From a bacterium (GTDB lineage Bacteria; UBA8248), in assembly GCA_965204535.1 (NCBI GenBank), contig OZ241996.1:288001-352000 (forward strand): a stretch of 64,000 bases of DNA. Direction: 5' to 3'. Made by a program: the position numbers and the translations under genes. The first letter of the stretch is position 1; each line of letters starts with the position of its first letter. Of the stretch, positions 49,410 through 59,033 are shown piece by piece. The notes under the pieces are model-generated. The model did not search any database. It saw only the letters and a program-made list of their open reading frames with translations, and was not told where the DNA came from.

Positions 49410-50534
49410 TCAGGTTCGGATGAGTGATATCAGCACGCCGGCCGCAATCGCCGAGCCGATGACGCCCGCCACGTTGGGGCCCATCGCGTGCATGAGCAGA
49501 AAATTGCCCGGATTCTCGTCGGCCCCCACCTTCTGGACGACGCGGGCCGCCATGGGGACCGCGCTCACGCCCGCCGCCCCGATGAGGGGATTGATCGGCG
49601 TGCGGCTGCACGCCGCCATGATCTTGCCGAAGATGACGCCGGTGGCCGTGCCGATGCCGAAGGCGATGAAGCCGAGCAGGAGGATGCCGATGGTCTCCCA
49701 CTTGAGGAAAGTCTCCGCCGTCATCGAAGCGCCCACCGAGACGCCGAGAAAAATCGTCACGATGTTGAGCAGCGCATCTTCGGAAGTCTTCAAGAGCCTC
49801 TCGACGACCCCGCACTCGCGGAAGAGGTTCCCGAGCATGAGCATCCCGATGAGGGGCGCCGCCGATGGCAGGAGAAGGCCCGTGAGCAGCGTGGTGATGA
49901 TGGGGAAGAGGATGCGGACGGGTTTTTCGATATCTTTTAGCTGCATCATCTCCCGCGAGCGTTCCTCGCTGTTCGTCAGCGCCTTCATGATGGGGGGCTG
50001 TATCATCGGAACGAGCGCCATATAGCTGTAGGCGGCCACGGCGATGGGGCCGAGCAGGTGGGGCGCCAGTTTCGAGGCAGTGTAGATGGCCGTGGGGCCG
50101 TCCGCCCCGCCGATGATGCCGATGGCGCCGGCTTCGGAGAGGTTGAAGCCCAGGAATATGCTCCCGAGCAGCGTGGCGAAAATGCCGAACTGCGCCGCAG
50201 CTCCGAGGAGCAGCGTCTTGGGGTTCGCCAGCAGCGGGCCGAAGTCCGTCAGCGCTCCGATGCCCATGAATATCAGGGGCGGAAACACGCCCGCCTTCAC
50301 CCCGAAATAGAAATAATGGATGAGGCCGCCTTTATCGAAAATGCCGGTTTCAGGGAGGTTCGAGAGCAGCATGCCGAACCCGATGGGCACCAGGAGCAGG
50401 GGTTCGAACCCCTTCTGGATGGCCAGATAGAGGAGGAGGCAGGAGATAGCGAGCATGAGGACGTCGCCGAAATGAAGTGACGCGAACCCGGTAAGGGAGA
50501 TGAATTCGGCGACCGAGTGGAACAGGCGGCTCAT
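49410..50534 (-). CDS. Na+-translocating decarboxylase beta subunit (OadB/MmdB/GcdB family)
   Basis: [41 protein letters not shown] and HAMGPNVAG motifs. Confidence 0.95.
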   Translation of the reverse strand: MSRLFHSVAEFISLTGFASLHFGDVLMLAISCLLLYLAIQKGFEPLLLVPIGFGMLLSNLPETGIFDKGGLIHYFYFGVKAGVFPPLIFMGIGALTDFGPLLANPKTLLLGAAAQFGIFATLLGSIFLGFNLSEAGAIGIIGGADGPTAIYTASKLAPHLLGPIAVAAYSYMALVPMIQPPIMKALTNSEERSREMMQLKDIEKPVRILFPIITTLLTGLLLPSAAPLIGMLMLGNLFRECGVVERLLKTSEDALLNIVTIFLGVSVGASMTAETFLKWETIGILLLGFIAFGIGTATGVIFGKIMAACSRTPINPLIGAAGVSAVPMAARVVQKVGADENPGNFLLMHAMGPNVAGVIGSAIAAGVLISLIRT

Positions 50535-50947
50535 GAGACCTCCAGCAGCAGTTGAGAGGCTTCGACCTTGTCGCCCTTGCGCACGTGAACCGCCTGAACG
50601 ACGCAGTCCGAATCCGCCAGAATCACGTTCTCCATCTTCATCGCCTCCAGCACCAGGAGCGTATCGCCTGCGCGCGCCGAATCGCCCGGTGCGACCTCGA
50701 CGGAGAGGACCACGCCCGGAAGCGGAGCCAGTATCTTCCCGCCGACGCTCGTCGCCCGGGGCGCGGGCTTGCGCGCGGCGGCCGGACGCGGAGCGGGGGT
50801 AGCGGAGGGGACGGCCTTCTCCTCTTCTTCCACCCCCACGCGATGCGTCTCGCCGTCTACCGTAATCTCGAGTTCGTCCGAGCCGGGGCCGCGCTCCACG
50901 CTCACCGCGTAGCGCTTTCCGTTGATGGTCAGATGGAAATTTCTCAC
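50531..50947 (-). CDS. Biotin carboxyl carrier subunit (MmdC-like)
   Basis: Ala/Pro-rich linker and EAMKM biotinylation motif; GTG start overlaps the upstream stop. Confidence 0.9.
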   Translation of the reverse strand: MRNFHLTINGKRYAVSVERGPGSDELEITVDGETHRVGVEEEEKAVPSATPAPRPAAARKPAPRATSVGGKILAPLPGVVLSVEVAPGDSARAGDTLLVLEAMKMENVILADSDCVVQAVHVRKGDKVEASQLLLEVS

Positions 50948-51252
50948 CGACGCCTCCGCTGCATGGAATGGCCCCGGCGGGCGGTACGCGCCCATAGGGA
51001 ATCTGCGCCCCGGCGCACCGGGGGAACGAATATCTCGGGCCTTTCGGTTTCGAGGAAATATCCGGCGGCGGCGGCGAGGACGAGGTCCAGATCATCACCT
51101 TGTGCGGCGGTATCCGCATCCTCCGCCCCGGAGTCGGTCTCCTGAGGTCCTGAGCCGACGAATCTTTCCAGAAGCAGGATGACCGCCATCAGCACGAGCA
51201 GGGAGCCGAAGACGACGCCCATGCCGATGATCGTCAGTAAGATTCCGGGCAT
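50944..51252 (-). CDS. OadG/MmdD-like membrane anchor subunit
   Basis: N-terminal TM helix [15 protein letters not shown] segment, C-terminal W...R; position in operon. Confidence 0.8.
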   Translation of the reverse strand: MPGILLTIIGMGVVFGSLLVLMAVILLLERFVGSGPQETDSGAEDADTAAQGDDLDLVLAAAAGYFLETERPEIFVPPVRRGADSLWARTARRGHSMQRRRR

Positions 51253-51278
51253 GAATGCATCCACGGGGAAATCCTTTT

Positions 51279-52841
51279 CTACAGCGGAATGTTTCCGTGT
51301 TTTTTCTGCGGCCGCTCCTCGCGCTTGTGCGCGGTCATTTCGAGCGCCCGGATGAGCGCGCCCCTCGTCTGGCGCGGCTCGATGATGACGTCCACGAGAC
51401 CGTATTTCGCCGCCGTGTAGGGGATTGCGAAAAGCCTCCGGTATTCCTCTATCTTCTCCCGGCGGACCTTTTCGGGGTCCTCGGCCTCGCCGATCTCGCG
51501 CCGGAAGATGATGTTGGCCGCGCCTTCGGGGCCCATGACGGCGATCTCGGCGAACGGATAGGCGAGAACACGGTCGTAGCCCAGGCCGAACCCGCTCATC
51601 GCGATGTAGGCGCCGCCGTAGCTTTTTCTGACGATCAAGGCGATTTTCGGCACGTTCGCCTCGCTGTAGGCGAAGAGCACCTTGGCCCCGTGGCGGATGA
51701 CGCCGCCGTATTCCTGCTGGGTGCCGGGCAGATAGCCGGGCACGTCCACGAAGTTGACGAGAGGGAGGTTGAAGGCGTCGCAAAAGCGCACGAAGCGCGC
51801 GAGCTTGTCAGAACTGTCGATGTCGAGGACGCCGGCCAGGTGCGTGGGCTGGTTCCCCACGACGCCGACGGGTCTTCCCCCCAGGCGCGCGAAGCCGACG
51901 ACGATGTTTTTGGCGAACTCCGCGTGAACCTCCAGGAAATCGCCGTCGTCGAAGACATTGGTTATCAGGTCGCGTACGTCGTAGGCGTTCGTGGCCTCCG
52001 CCGGGACGACCCCGTCGAGTTCGGGGTTCTCATCGGGCGGCCACTCGGGCGGGTCGGACAGGGGCGGGTCGTCGAGATTGTTCGACGGCAGGAAGGAGAG
52101 CAGCTTCTTCACCATCCCGAAGCATTCGCGCTCGTCTCTGGCGAGAAAATGCGCGTTCCCGCTCGTCGAGCTGTGCACCGCGCCGCCGCCCAACTCCTCG
52201 ACGGATACGTCTTCTCCCGTCACCGCCTTGATGACCTCAGGCCCGGTGATGAACATCTTGCTCAGCCCGTCGACCATGAAGACGAAGTCCGTGATGGCGG
52301 GGGAGTAGACCGCCCCGCCCGCGCAGGGACCTAAGATGATCGATATCTGCGGGATCACGCCCGACGCGTGGGTGTTGTTCTTAAAGATTTGCGCGTATCC
52401 GTGAAGCGCGAGTACGCCCTCGTGGATGCGCGCGCCGCCCGAATCGAGAATGGTGACGATGGGCGCGCCCGCCTTCATGGCGAGTTCCTGCATCTTCACG
52501 ATTTTTTCCGCGTGCATCTCGCCCAGCGAGCCGCCGAGGGCGCCGAAATCCTGAGAAGCCACGAATACGAGCTGGCCGTTCACGCGCCCGCTGCCGGTGA
52601 TGACGCCGTCCCCGGGGGAGCGCCGCGCATCCATCCCGAAATCCGTGGCGCGCGTTTCGACGAAAAGGTTGAGTTCGGAAAAACTATCGGGGTCGAGCAG
52701 GAGGTCGATGCGCTCCCTGGCGGTGAGCTTCCCCTGCTTGTGCTGGCGCTCTTTCGCCGCCTCGCCGCCCAGCGCCTGCGCCTGTGAGGTAAGCTCCTTC
52801 AGCTCTTCTATCGGGTCCGGTCGATCCGGGTCGGGAGGCAA
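51279..52841 (-). CDS. Acyl-CoA carboxyltransferase subunit (MmdA/PccB family)
   Basis: GKLTARERI, DSGGARI, GPCAGGAVY, DVPGYLPG, RKSYGGAY and KKHGNIPL motifs; TTG start. Confidence 0.95.
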   Translation of the reverse strand: MPPDPDRPDPIEELKELTSQAQALGGEAAKERQHKQGKLTARERIDLLLDPDSFSELNLFVETRATDFGMDARRSPGDGVITGSGRVNGQLVFVASQDFGALGGSLGEMHAEKIVKMQELAMKAGAPIVTILDSGGARIHEGVLALHGYAQIFKNNTHASGVIPQISIILGPCAGGAVYSPAITDFVFMVDGLSKMFITGPEVIKAVTGEDVSVEELGGGAVHSSTSGNAHFLARDERECFGMVKKLLSFLPSNNLDDPPLSDPPEWPPDENPELDGVVPAEATNAYDVRDLITNVFDDGDFLEVHAEFAKNIVVGFARLGGRPVGVVGNQPTHLAGVLDIDSSDKLARFVRFCDAFNLPLVNFVDVPGYLPGTQQEYGGVIRHGAKVLFAYSEANVPKIALIVRKSYGGAYIAMSGFGLGYDRVLAYPFAEIAVMGPEGAANIIFRREIGEAEDPEKVRREKIEEYRRLFAIPYTAAKYGLVDVIIEPRQTRGALIRALEMTAHKREERPQKKHGNIPL

Positions 52842-52860
52842 TGCGCTTCTCCTGGAAAAA

Positions 52861-52875
52861 TGTATATTGCATACA
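52861..52875. promoter_or_regulatory. Candidate GntR operator upstream of the decarboxylase operon
   Basis: Palindrome TGTAT-ATTGC-ATACA 20 bp upstream of the start; minus-strand TTGACT at 52899-52894. Confidence 0.5.
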
Positions 52876-52977
52876 ATCAGCTTTGGGCTATAAAGTCAAG
52901 GTTTTCCGGGTGGGCCTGATGGGGTTTTGGGGAGAGAATCACAGCGGTGGGGAGAGAGAAAACGGCCGTTTCTATGC

Positions 52978-53567
52978 GGCTCTTGAAAAACCTTATTTCG
53001 TGATTCGGTGTATGGAACCGACCGGGGAGAAGGAGATTTCACTCCCCCCTTGAGGGGGTTATTGAAAAAGTCCCGTGGAGTGATTTTGGTTAAGCGCACG
53101 TTTTTGAAGTCAACTCCCCCCTTGAGGGGGAGTCGAAGAGCTGAGGGCGTAAGCCCGACAGCGATTCGGTGGGGGGTATAATACGGGCTGGCGATAAATC
53201 GCATTTTACCCCCCACCGCATCAGCCTTCGCACAAACCGCTCGGCTTCTGCGTCTGGCTTTCCCCTCGGGAAGCCAGACCCTCAAGGGGGGAGTGAAGTT
53301 CTTCTCTCGTCGGTCTGCAATGATCCTTAAGCCTTAAGGAAATGCTGAAAAAGCCGGCAATGCCGGGATTGCCGTCATTCCGGCGAAAGCCGGAATCCAG
53401 AGCCGATGGGTGTGGAGATACGGCGTTGCGTTTTTCTTCGATGAAGCGGGAATGTCGACTGAAAACAAAAAAAGGCGAAAAGCAAAACCCCTGGATTCCG
53501 GCATACGCCGGAATGACAAACCTTTTTCTTTCACTGACAGAACAGGCCGCATATATGCGGCCCCTAC
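52978..53567. repeat. Composite intergenic repeat cassette (GTTGAAAA-type ends, MITE-like unit 53110-53296, CGTC-REP pair 53373-53400/53491-53517, partial GTAG-REP 53545-53567)
   Basis: Modules recur at 58.4-58.8, 60.8-61.2, 62.6-62.9 and 63.6-64.0 kb. Confidence 0.85.
53110..53296. mobile_element. MITE-like element, copy 1
   Basis: Terminal inverted repeats ACTCCCCCCTTGAGGG / CCCTCAAGGGGGGAGT, internal hairpins, no coding capacity; homologous to 58502-58675 and 63706-63890. Confidence 0.7.
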
Positions 53568-53590
53568 ACACGCGCCACCCGCCAGAGTCG

Positions 53591-54514
53591 CTAGGACGCC
53601 ATTTCCCACTCGGGGATGCCCGCGTGGAGGAGTTGTCCCGGCAGCTGGCGGTTCAGGATTTTCTCGGCATGGGCGACGGCTTCCAGGAGTTTCGGCAGGT
53701 CGACCCCGGTCTCGATCCCCATCTCGTGGAGCATGTTGATCGTGTCCTCGCTCGCGATGTTGCCCGTGGCGCGCGGCGCGAAGGGGCACCCGCCCAGGCC
53801 GCCGATGGAGGCGTCGAACGTGTCGACCCCGACTTCCAGGCCCGCCAGCAGGTTTGCCAGGCCGGCTCCCCTCGTGTTGTGGAGGTGGAGCGCGTAGCGG
53901 ACGGAGGGGAATTTGCCCCGAATGTGTTCGGTCAGCTTTTTGATTTCGGCCGGGTTCGACATGCCCACGGTGTCGGCGAGGCCGATTTCCCCGCAGCCCA
54001 TGTCCACGTATTCGCCGACCACCCACTCGACGTCCTCATAGGAGATGCGCCCCTCATACGGGCAGCCGAAGGTGGCGACCACGCCGCCCCGGAGCTTGAG
54101 GCCCGCATCCAGCGCCATTTTGGCGACTTCGCGGGCGACCCCGAGCATCGTCTCCCGGCTCGCGCGGATGTTCTTCTGGTTGAACGTCTCGCTGGCGGCG
54201 ACGAACAGCATGACGCCGTCGAGTTCGCACTCGAGCGCGCGCTCCATGCCGCGCACGTTGGGGACCAGGGCTTCATACTCGGCATCTGGGCTGCGCTTAC
54301 ACCCGGCCAGCACCTCCTTTGCGTCTTTAAGCTGCGGGACGTGCCTGGGACTCACGAAACTCGTCACCTCGACCCGGCGGACGCCCGCGTCGGTGATGGT
54401 GTCGAGAAGCTTTATCTTATCCTCGGGCGATATGTATTTCTTTTCGTTCTGGAGGCCGTCCCGCGTGCCCACTTCGACGATATCGACCTTCGTGGGGAGA
54501 CTCATCGCATTCAT
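53591..54514 (-). CDS. HMG-CoA lyase-like (DRE-TIM) acyl-CoA lyase
   Basis: EVGTRDGLQNE, SFVSP..VPQL, LHLHNTRG and GGLGGCPFAP.ATGN motifs. Confidence 0.9.
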   Translation of the reverse strand: MNAMSLPTKVDIVEVGTRDGLQNEKKYISPEDKIKLLDTITDAGVRRVEVTSFVSPRHVPQLKDAKEVLAGCKRSPDAEYEALVPNVRGMERALECELDGVMLFVAASETFNQKNIRASRETMLGVAREVAKMALDAGLKLRGGVVATFGCPYEGRISYEDVEWVVGEYVDMGCGEIGLADTVGMSNPAEIKKLTEHIRGKFPSVRYALHLHNTRGAGLANLLAGLEVGVDTFDASIGGLGGCPFAPRATGNIASEDTINMLHEMGIETGVDLPKLLEAVAHAEKILNRQLPGQLLHAGIPEWEMAS

Positions 54515-54544
54515 TCTCCTGCGTGATTTAAGGATTCGTTCCCG

Positions 54545-55648
54545 TTATACGGCGGCCCTCGCCATCTTTTCGGCGCGGACGGGGATGCCGACGGCGCCGT
54601 GCCCGGCCGCATCTCCTGCCGTGAACGCTCCGCCCGATATGGCGTGGCGCCACTCGGCGTATGGCTCCTCATCGAGCAGATGGGCGAGTTCGTGCGCCCT
54701 GTCGTAAGTCTCCAAAGACAGGGCGAGGGCGAACCCCGCCGATTTGGCGATGTAGGATTCATAGGGCGAACTGAGCAGGGCGGGCTTGCCGGCGGCGTCG
54801 AACACCCGCGCCACCTCCCAGGCGTTTCGGGGGCCGCCGAATTTCGCGATCTTGATGAGGCCGATGTCGACGGCATTCGCATCGACGAGGCGGCGCGCGT
54901 CGTCGATGGAGAACAGCGATTCATCCAGGGCCACCTGCATCCCCCGGGCGCGAATTTCGCGGAACACGTCGAGGCATTTCTTCTCCGCCGGGAGCACAGG
55001 CTGTTCGAAGTGTTCCAGGTCGATCTCGATCATCTTGTCCGTGAAGCGCAGGGCTTCCTCGGGCGAGTAGCCGCCGTTCGCATCCGTCCTGAGTTTTATA
55101 TCGGGGCCGAACCGCTCGCGCAGCCTCACGATGCGCTCGGCGTCCGCCTCCATATCGACGCCCGATTTCACCTTGAGGGTCGTGACGCCCTGCGCCACAA
55201 GCGGTTCGGCCTTCCTGACGGCTTCATCGGGTGGGAGGAGGCCGATGGGGGCGTCGAGCGTGACGGAGGCTCTCTTGTGCCCGCCGAAGACTTGAGAGAA
55301 GGGTGCCCCGTCGGTTTTAGCGGACAGATCGACGGCGGCGATTTCGAGCGCCGTGCGCGCGGCGCCCATGCCCCCAAAGTCCGCCACCTCATCGAGCGCG
55401 GCGAGGAGTTCATCCGCCTCTTTGCCGCGTATCCGGGGAGCGGCTTCGCGCAGGGTCGCCGCCATGTCCGAGCCCGTTTCTTTGGTAAAATACATCAAAG
55501 GCGCCGCCTCGCCCCAGCCCTCTACGCCCGCATCGTCCGTCAAGCGGACCACGACCCGCTCCAGCGTCGACGCGCCCCCGTAGCGGTTCCTCGATCCCTG
55601 ATTGACTTCCACGGCGGTATCCCAGATCGTTACTTCCTGAATCGGCAT
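54545..55648 (-). CDS. Enolase-superfamily enzyme, muconate-lactonizing-enzyme subgroup
   Basis: GWGEA, KVK, DANG, EQP, DES and KIAKFGG residues; AAGGAG RBS before ATG 55648. Confidence 0.85.
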   Translation of the reverse strand: MPIQEVTIWDTAVEVNQGSRNRYGGASTLERVVVRLTDDAGVEGWGEAAPLMYFTKETGSDMAATLREAAPRIRGKEADELLAALDEVADFGGMGAARTALEIAAVDLSAKTDGAPFSQVFGGHKRASVTLDAPIGLLPPDEAVRKAEPLVAQGVTTLKVKSGVDMEADAERIVRLRERFGPDIKLRTDANGGYSPEEALRFTDKMIEIDLEHFEQPVLPAEKKCLDVFREIRARGMQVALDESLFSIDDARRLVDANAVDIGLIKIAKFGGPRNAWEVARVFDAAGKPALLSSPYESYIAKSAGFALALSLETYDRAHELAHLLDEEPYAEWRHAISGGAFTAGDAAGHGAVGIPVRAEKMARAAV

Positions 55649-55703
55649 GAAATCTACTCCTTTATGGGAGAATGGAATTCTCATTCGACATAGGTTTATG
55701 AAA

Positions 55704-55969
55704 TCACTCCCCCCTTGAGGGGATTGTTGAAAAAATCATCCTTGGTCGTAATGACGGCCAAAACCCGAACCCGGGCGGAGGCACAGGCTCTCGCCTTGAA
55801 AACCAACCCCCCCTACCCCCCCTTGTCAGGGGGGCAAAAAAAGCAAAAGCCCTCTATCGGCGGTAGGTGTCGCCTTTTCATACCCCCCTGACAAGGGGGG
55901 GTAGGGGGGGTTGCCTTTATCCCCTGACAAGGGGAGCTTTTTCAAAGATCCCCCCTCAAGGGGAGTGAT
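55704..55969. repeat. Nested repeat cassette: MITE-type TIRs enclosing GTTGAAAAA/TTTTTCAAA ends and a CCCCCTTGTCAGGGGG/CCCCCTGACAAGGGGG inverted repeat
   Basis: TCACTCCCCCCTTGAGGGG-ATTGTTGAAAAA ... CTTTTTCAAAGAT-CCCCCTCAAGGGGAGTGA; inner long inverted repeat at about 55805-55912. Confidence 0.75.
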
Positions 55970-56018
55970 TCGACCTTTCTTTCCCCGGCTTCCGCCTGTT
56001 CGTCTCCTCCGGCCATAT

Positions 56019-56540
56019 TCACTCGGGCGCATATATCCGGATGTCGGGCAGGGTGCGGTAGGCCTCGTCGCAGTCCAGCCCGTAGCCGACGACGAAATGA
56101 TTCTCGATGGTGAAGCCCACGTGGTCCGCGTGGATATCGACTTCTCTCCTCTCCAGCTTGTCCATCAACACGCACGTTCTCAAGGAGGCCGGGCGCTTAT
56201 CTCTCAGAATATCAATGGTTTTCGAGAACGTATGTCCCGTATCGAGAATGTCGTCGATGAGCAGCACGTTCCGCCCCTCGACCTCGCCCAGGTGTCTGGC
56301 GTCGATTTCCACCCGGCCCTTGCTGCGCGTGCCCGCGCCGTAGCTCGATGCCGAGAGGAAGCCGAGCGTGGTGTTGCGCCCGAGGGCGCGGGCGAGGTCG
56401 ACGCCGAAGACGATCGCGCCTTTCAGGATCATGACGACGTGAACCGGCCCGGCGGGCAGCGCCTCGTTGATCTCGTCAGCGAGTTCGGGGAGGCGGCTCT
56501 CGATCTGCGCCTGCGATATCAGAATTTCCTCGGCAGGCAT
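56019..56540 (-). CDS. hpt: Hypoxanthine phosphoribosyltransferase
   Basis: ILKGA, SSYG, LLIDDILDTGHT and FVVGYGLD..YR.LP motifs. Confidence 0.93.
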   Translation of the reverse strand: MPAEEILISQAQIESRLPELADEINEALPAGPVHVVMILKGAIVFGVDLARALGRNTTLGFLSASSYGAGTRSKGRVEIDARHLGEVEGRNVLLIDDILDTGHTFSKTIDILRDKRPASLRTCVLMDKLERREVDIHADHVGFTIENHFVVGYGLDCDEAYRTLPDIRIYAPE

Positions 56541-56543
56541 CGT

Positions 56544-57686
56544 CTACTCGAGTACGGCCAGCAGAAGGCGCTTCAGGTCCTCCTGGGTCGAGGGGACCGG
56601 GTTCGTGTTGACCTGGTGGCTCTCCGCCGCGTCCTTGGCGAGGACGTCGAGGTCCTCGTTCACGACGTCCGCCTCTCTCAGGCTGCCCGGAATGCCGATG
56701 TCCGTGTTGAGTTCGCGGATGGCGTCTATCGCCGCCTCGGCCGCCTGCGGGGCGCCGGCTTTCAGGAGCGGCGCCATGCGCGCGTAGGCCTCCCGCATGG
56801 CGGGGAGGTTGAACTCCATGACGGGCGGCAAAAAGATGCCGTTCGCCGTGCCGTGGTGCAGCCCGTGGTAGGCGCCCAGCGGATGCGCGAGCGAGTGCAC
56901 GATGCCGAGGCCCGTGTTGGTGAACGCGCGTCCCGCGAGCATGGCGGCCAGCGAGATGGCGTCGGCGGCCTCGGGGTCTGCGGGGTCGTCCACGTAGGCC
57001 CTGCCGTGCGCCCCGATTCGCGCGATGGACTCGAACGCCAGCGCCTCCGTCCAGGGGTTGGAGGCGGGCGAGCCGACCGATTCGATGGCGTGGGTGAGGG
57101 CGTCCATCATTGCGCCCGCCGCGATGTGCGAGGGGAGTTTCGCCAGCAGGGCGGAGTCGACGACCGCGAGTTTTGCGAACAGCGAGTCGTCGGCGAGCAC
57201 CGCTTTGATCATGAACTTCGTGTCCGTGACGATGGAGCTCATGGTGACCTCGCTGCCCGTGCCCGCCGTCGTGGGAACGGTGATGAGCGGCGGGCCGGGT
57301 TTCGTGGCCTTGCCGCGCCCGTAGTAGTCGCTCGGCGCGCCGCCGTTCGCGGTGATGGCCAGCGTCGCCTTGGCGGTGTCCATCGTGCTGCCGCCGCCTG
57401 CGGCGATGAAGCCGTCGCAGCCGTGCTCGCCAAAGAAATCGCGGGCCGCGAGGATGCTCGTGTCGGAGGGATTCGCCTCGGCCTGATCGTAGAACACATA
57501 TTCGAGCGAGGCGTCTTCGAGTCCTTTCAGGACCGAATCGAGCGCCCCGCTCGACGCCAGCCCCGGGTCTGTGACGAACATCGGCTTCGCCATTCCCAGG
57601 CCCTTCGCTTCCTCTCCTATCTGGGCGGCCTCTCCGCGGCCGAAGCGGACGCGCGGGCCGGATGCAATCTGGAACGCTTTCACCAT
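56544..57686 (-). CDS. Iron-containing alcohol dehydrogenase
   Basis: GGGSTMD, PTTAGTGSEVT, DALTHAIE and HSLAH...HG motifs. Confidence 0.93.
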   Translation of the reverse strand: MVKAFQIASGPRVRFGRGEAAQIGEEAKGLGMAKPMFVTDPGLASSGALDSVLKGLEDASLEYVFYDQAEANPSDTSILAARDFFGEHGCDGFIAAGGGSTMDTAKATLAITANGGAPSDYYGRGKATKPGPPLITVPTTAGTGSEVTMSSIVTDTKFMIKAVLADDSLFAKLAVVDSALLAKLPSHIAAGAMMDALTHAIESVGSPASNPWTEALAFESIARIGAHGRAYVDDPADPEAADAISLAAMLAGRAFTNTGLGIVHSLAHPLGAYHGLHHGTANGIFLPPVMEFNLPAMREAYARMAPLLKAGAPQAAEAAIDAIRELNTDIGIPGSLREADVVNEDLDVLAKDAAESHQVNTNPVPSTQEDLKRLLLAVLE

Positions 57687-57716
57687 GAATACACTCCTTC
57701 GCTGCTCTGATGAGGT

Positions 57717-58337
57717 TTAAGGGAATTTACGAAGCATGCGTTCGTAATCTTCTTCCGTGTCGATGTCGAGAAACATATCATCATTGGGGAGTTCGAGAAA
57801 AACGATTTTGCCGGGAGATTCCGTTTCCAGTCTCTGGATGATCCCCCTGCCGCCCGCATCTCCGCTCGCTTGCAGCAATTCGTCTCTTAGGGAGGCGGAG
57901 AACAGTGTGGGATTTCCGCGCCTGCCTTGGAATACCGGCGCCGCGACCAGTGCTTCGGGCCGGGATTCCTCATGCAGGGAAATCAGGTCGTTCACGATTC
58001 CGAACGTCAGGAGGGGCTGATCGCCCAGGACGAACAGATATGCCCCGGCCTCCTCATGCGCCGCCTCGACCCCTGCGATCATGCTCGTGCTCTGCCCACA
58101 GGCGTAGCGGGGGTTGTGCGTGAGGCGCACGTCGAGACCCTCCACGGCCTGTATTACTTCTGCTTCCTCGTAGCCCGTGACGAGGATGACCTCGGAAACC
58201 GCGCTTTCGAGCACCGCCTTCGCCGTCTTGCGGAGGACGGTTTCATCCCCCAGGGGCAGGAGGAGCTTGTTCCGCCCCAGGCGCTTGGATAAGCCTGCGG
58301 CGAGCAGGATCGCAGAGATGCGGCGCGCGTCCGCCAC
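57717..58337 (-). CDS. MocA-like molybdenum cofactor cytidylyltransferase family protein
   Basis: ILLAAGLSKRLG.NKLLL, NP.Y..GQSTS, LGDQP, GNP, GDAGGR and DIDT motifs; GTG start inferred. Confidence 0.85.
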   Translation of the reverse strand: MADARRISAILLAAGLSKRLGRNKLLLPLGDETVLRKTAKAVLESAVSEVILVTGYEEAEVIQAVEGLDVRLTHNPRYACGQSTSMIAGVEAAHEEAGAYLFVLGDQPLLTFGIVNDLISLHEESRPEALVAAPVFQGRRGNPTLFSASLRDELLQASGDAGGRGIIQRLETESPGKIVFLELPNDDMFLDIDTEEDYERMLRKFP

Positions 58338-58437
58338 CTGTGTTCTCCGATAGTGAAGAAAGGACTCAAGTCTGGTCGGCATGGTAAGGAGGCGGGCTTC
58401 CCGGTGTCAATTCTCCGACGGGCGCGCCGCCTGAGAG

Positions 58438-58790
58438 ATTGTTGAAAAAGCCGGTTTGCGGCCCCTATGGAGATTGCTCGCTACCGAGGAGAATTGCAAA
58501 ATCACCCCCCCTTGAGGGAGAGTCGGTGAGGTGAGGGGGTTTTTACCCGAAACCGAACCGGTGGGGGGAGTTTTTTCTGTGGCATGTCCCCCCACCGATT
58601 CAGCCTTCGCAAAAAACGCTCGGCTTCATCGTCTGGCTTTCCCCTCGGGAAGCCAGACCCTCAAGGGGGGAGTGAAATCCCCTCCTTCCCCGGTCGGAAT
58701 TGACGCCGGAATGACGGACATGCGCCCTTCGATACGCGGCTTCGCCGCTACTCAGGGTGAAGGGTGTTGGGGGCGGCTACTCAGGGTGAG
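58438..58790. repeat. Composite repeat cassette incl. MITE-like copy 2 (58502-58675), half CGTC-REP (about 58705-58716) and CCCTTCGATACG...CTACTCAGGGTGA repeat
   Basis: Shared modules with 53.0-53.3 kb and 63.6-63.9 kb; GCTACTCAGGGTGA occurs twice in tandem. Confidence 0.8.
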
Positions 58791-58846
58791 GTCGATACAT
58801 CGAAGCGCGTCATCGGGGTTATCAGCAACCTCCCCGGCCCTTTCCG

Positions 58847-58875
58847 TTGACAACCCCTCACCCCGTCTCTAATAT
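58847..58875 (+). promoter_or_regulatory. Sigma70-type promoter upstream of the cyclase-dehydrogenase pair
   Basis: TTGACA-17 bp-TAATAT. Confidence 0.65.
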
Positions 58876-59033
58876 CGGAAGCGCTCAAAACCCACGACAT
58901 ATCCCACAAGAAACCCGGATGCGGGCAAGTCGTATCGCCGGTTTTGGCCTGATTCAAAAGATGTGTTTCATGCAGCGAATCGCAAGGATTCGGATATTTC
59001 ACCTATAGCGGAACACCCCGAAGGAGAATCACC

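Noticed and set aside
52896-53571. Short ORFs across the repeat cassettes (also 15-356, 55826-56032, 58407-58872, 60851-61172, 62602-62885)
   Set aside because: These are translations of palindromic repeats (for example WIPAFAGMT, VGTGRDLSL) with no RBS or domain support
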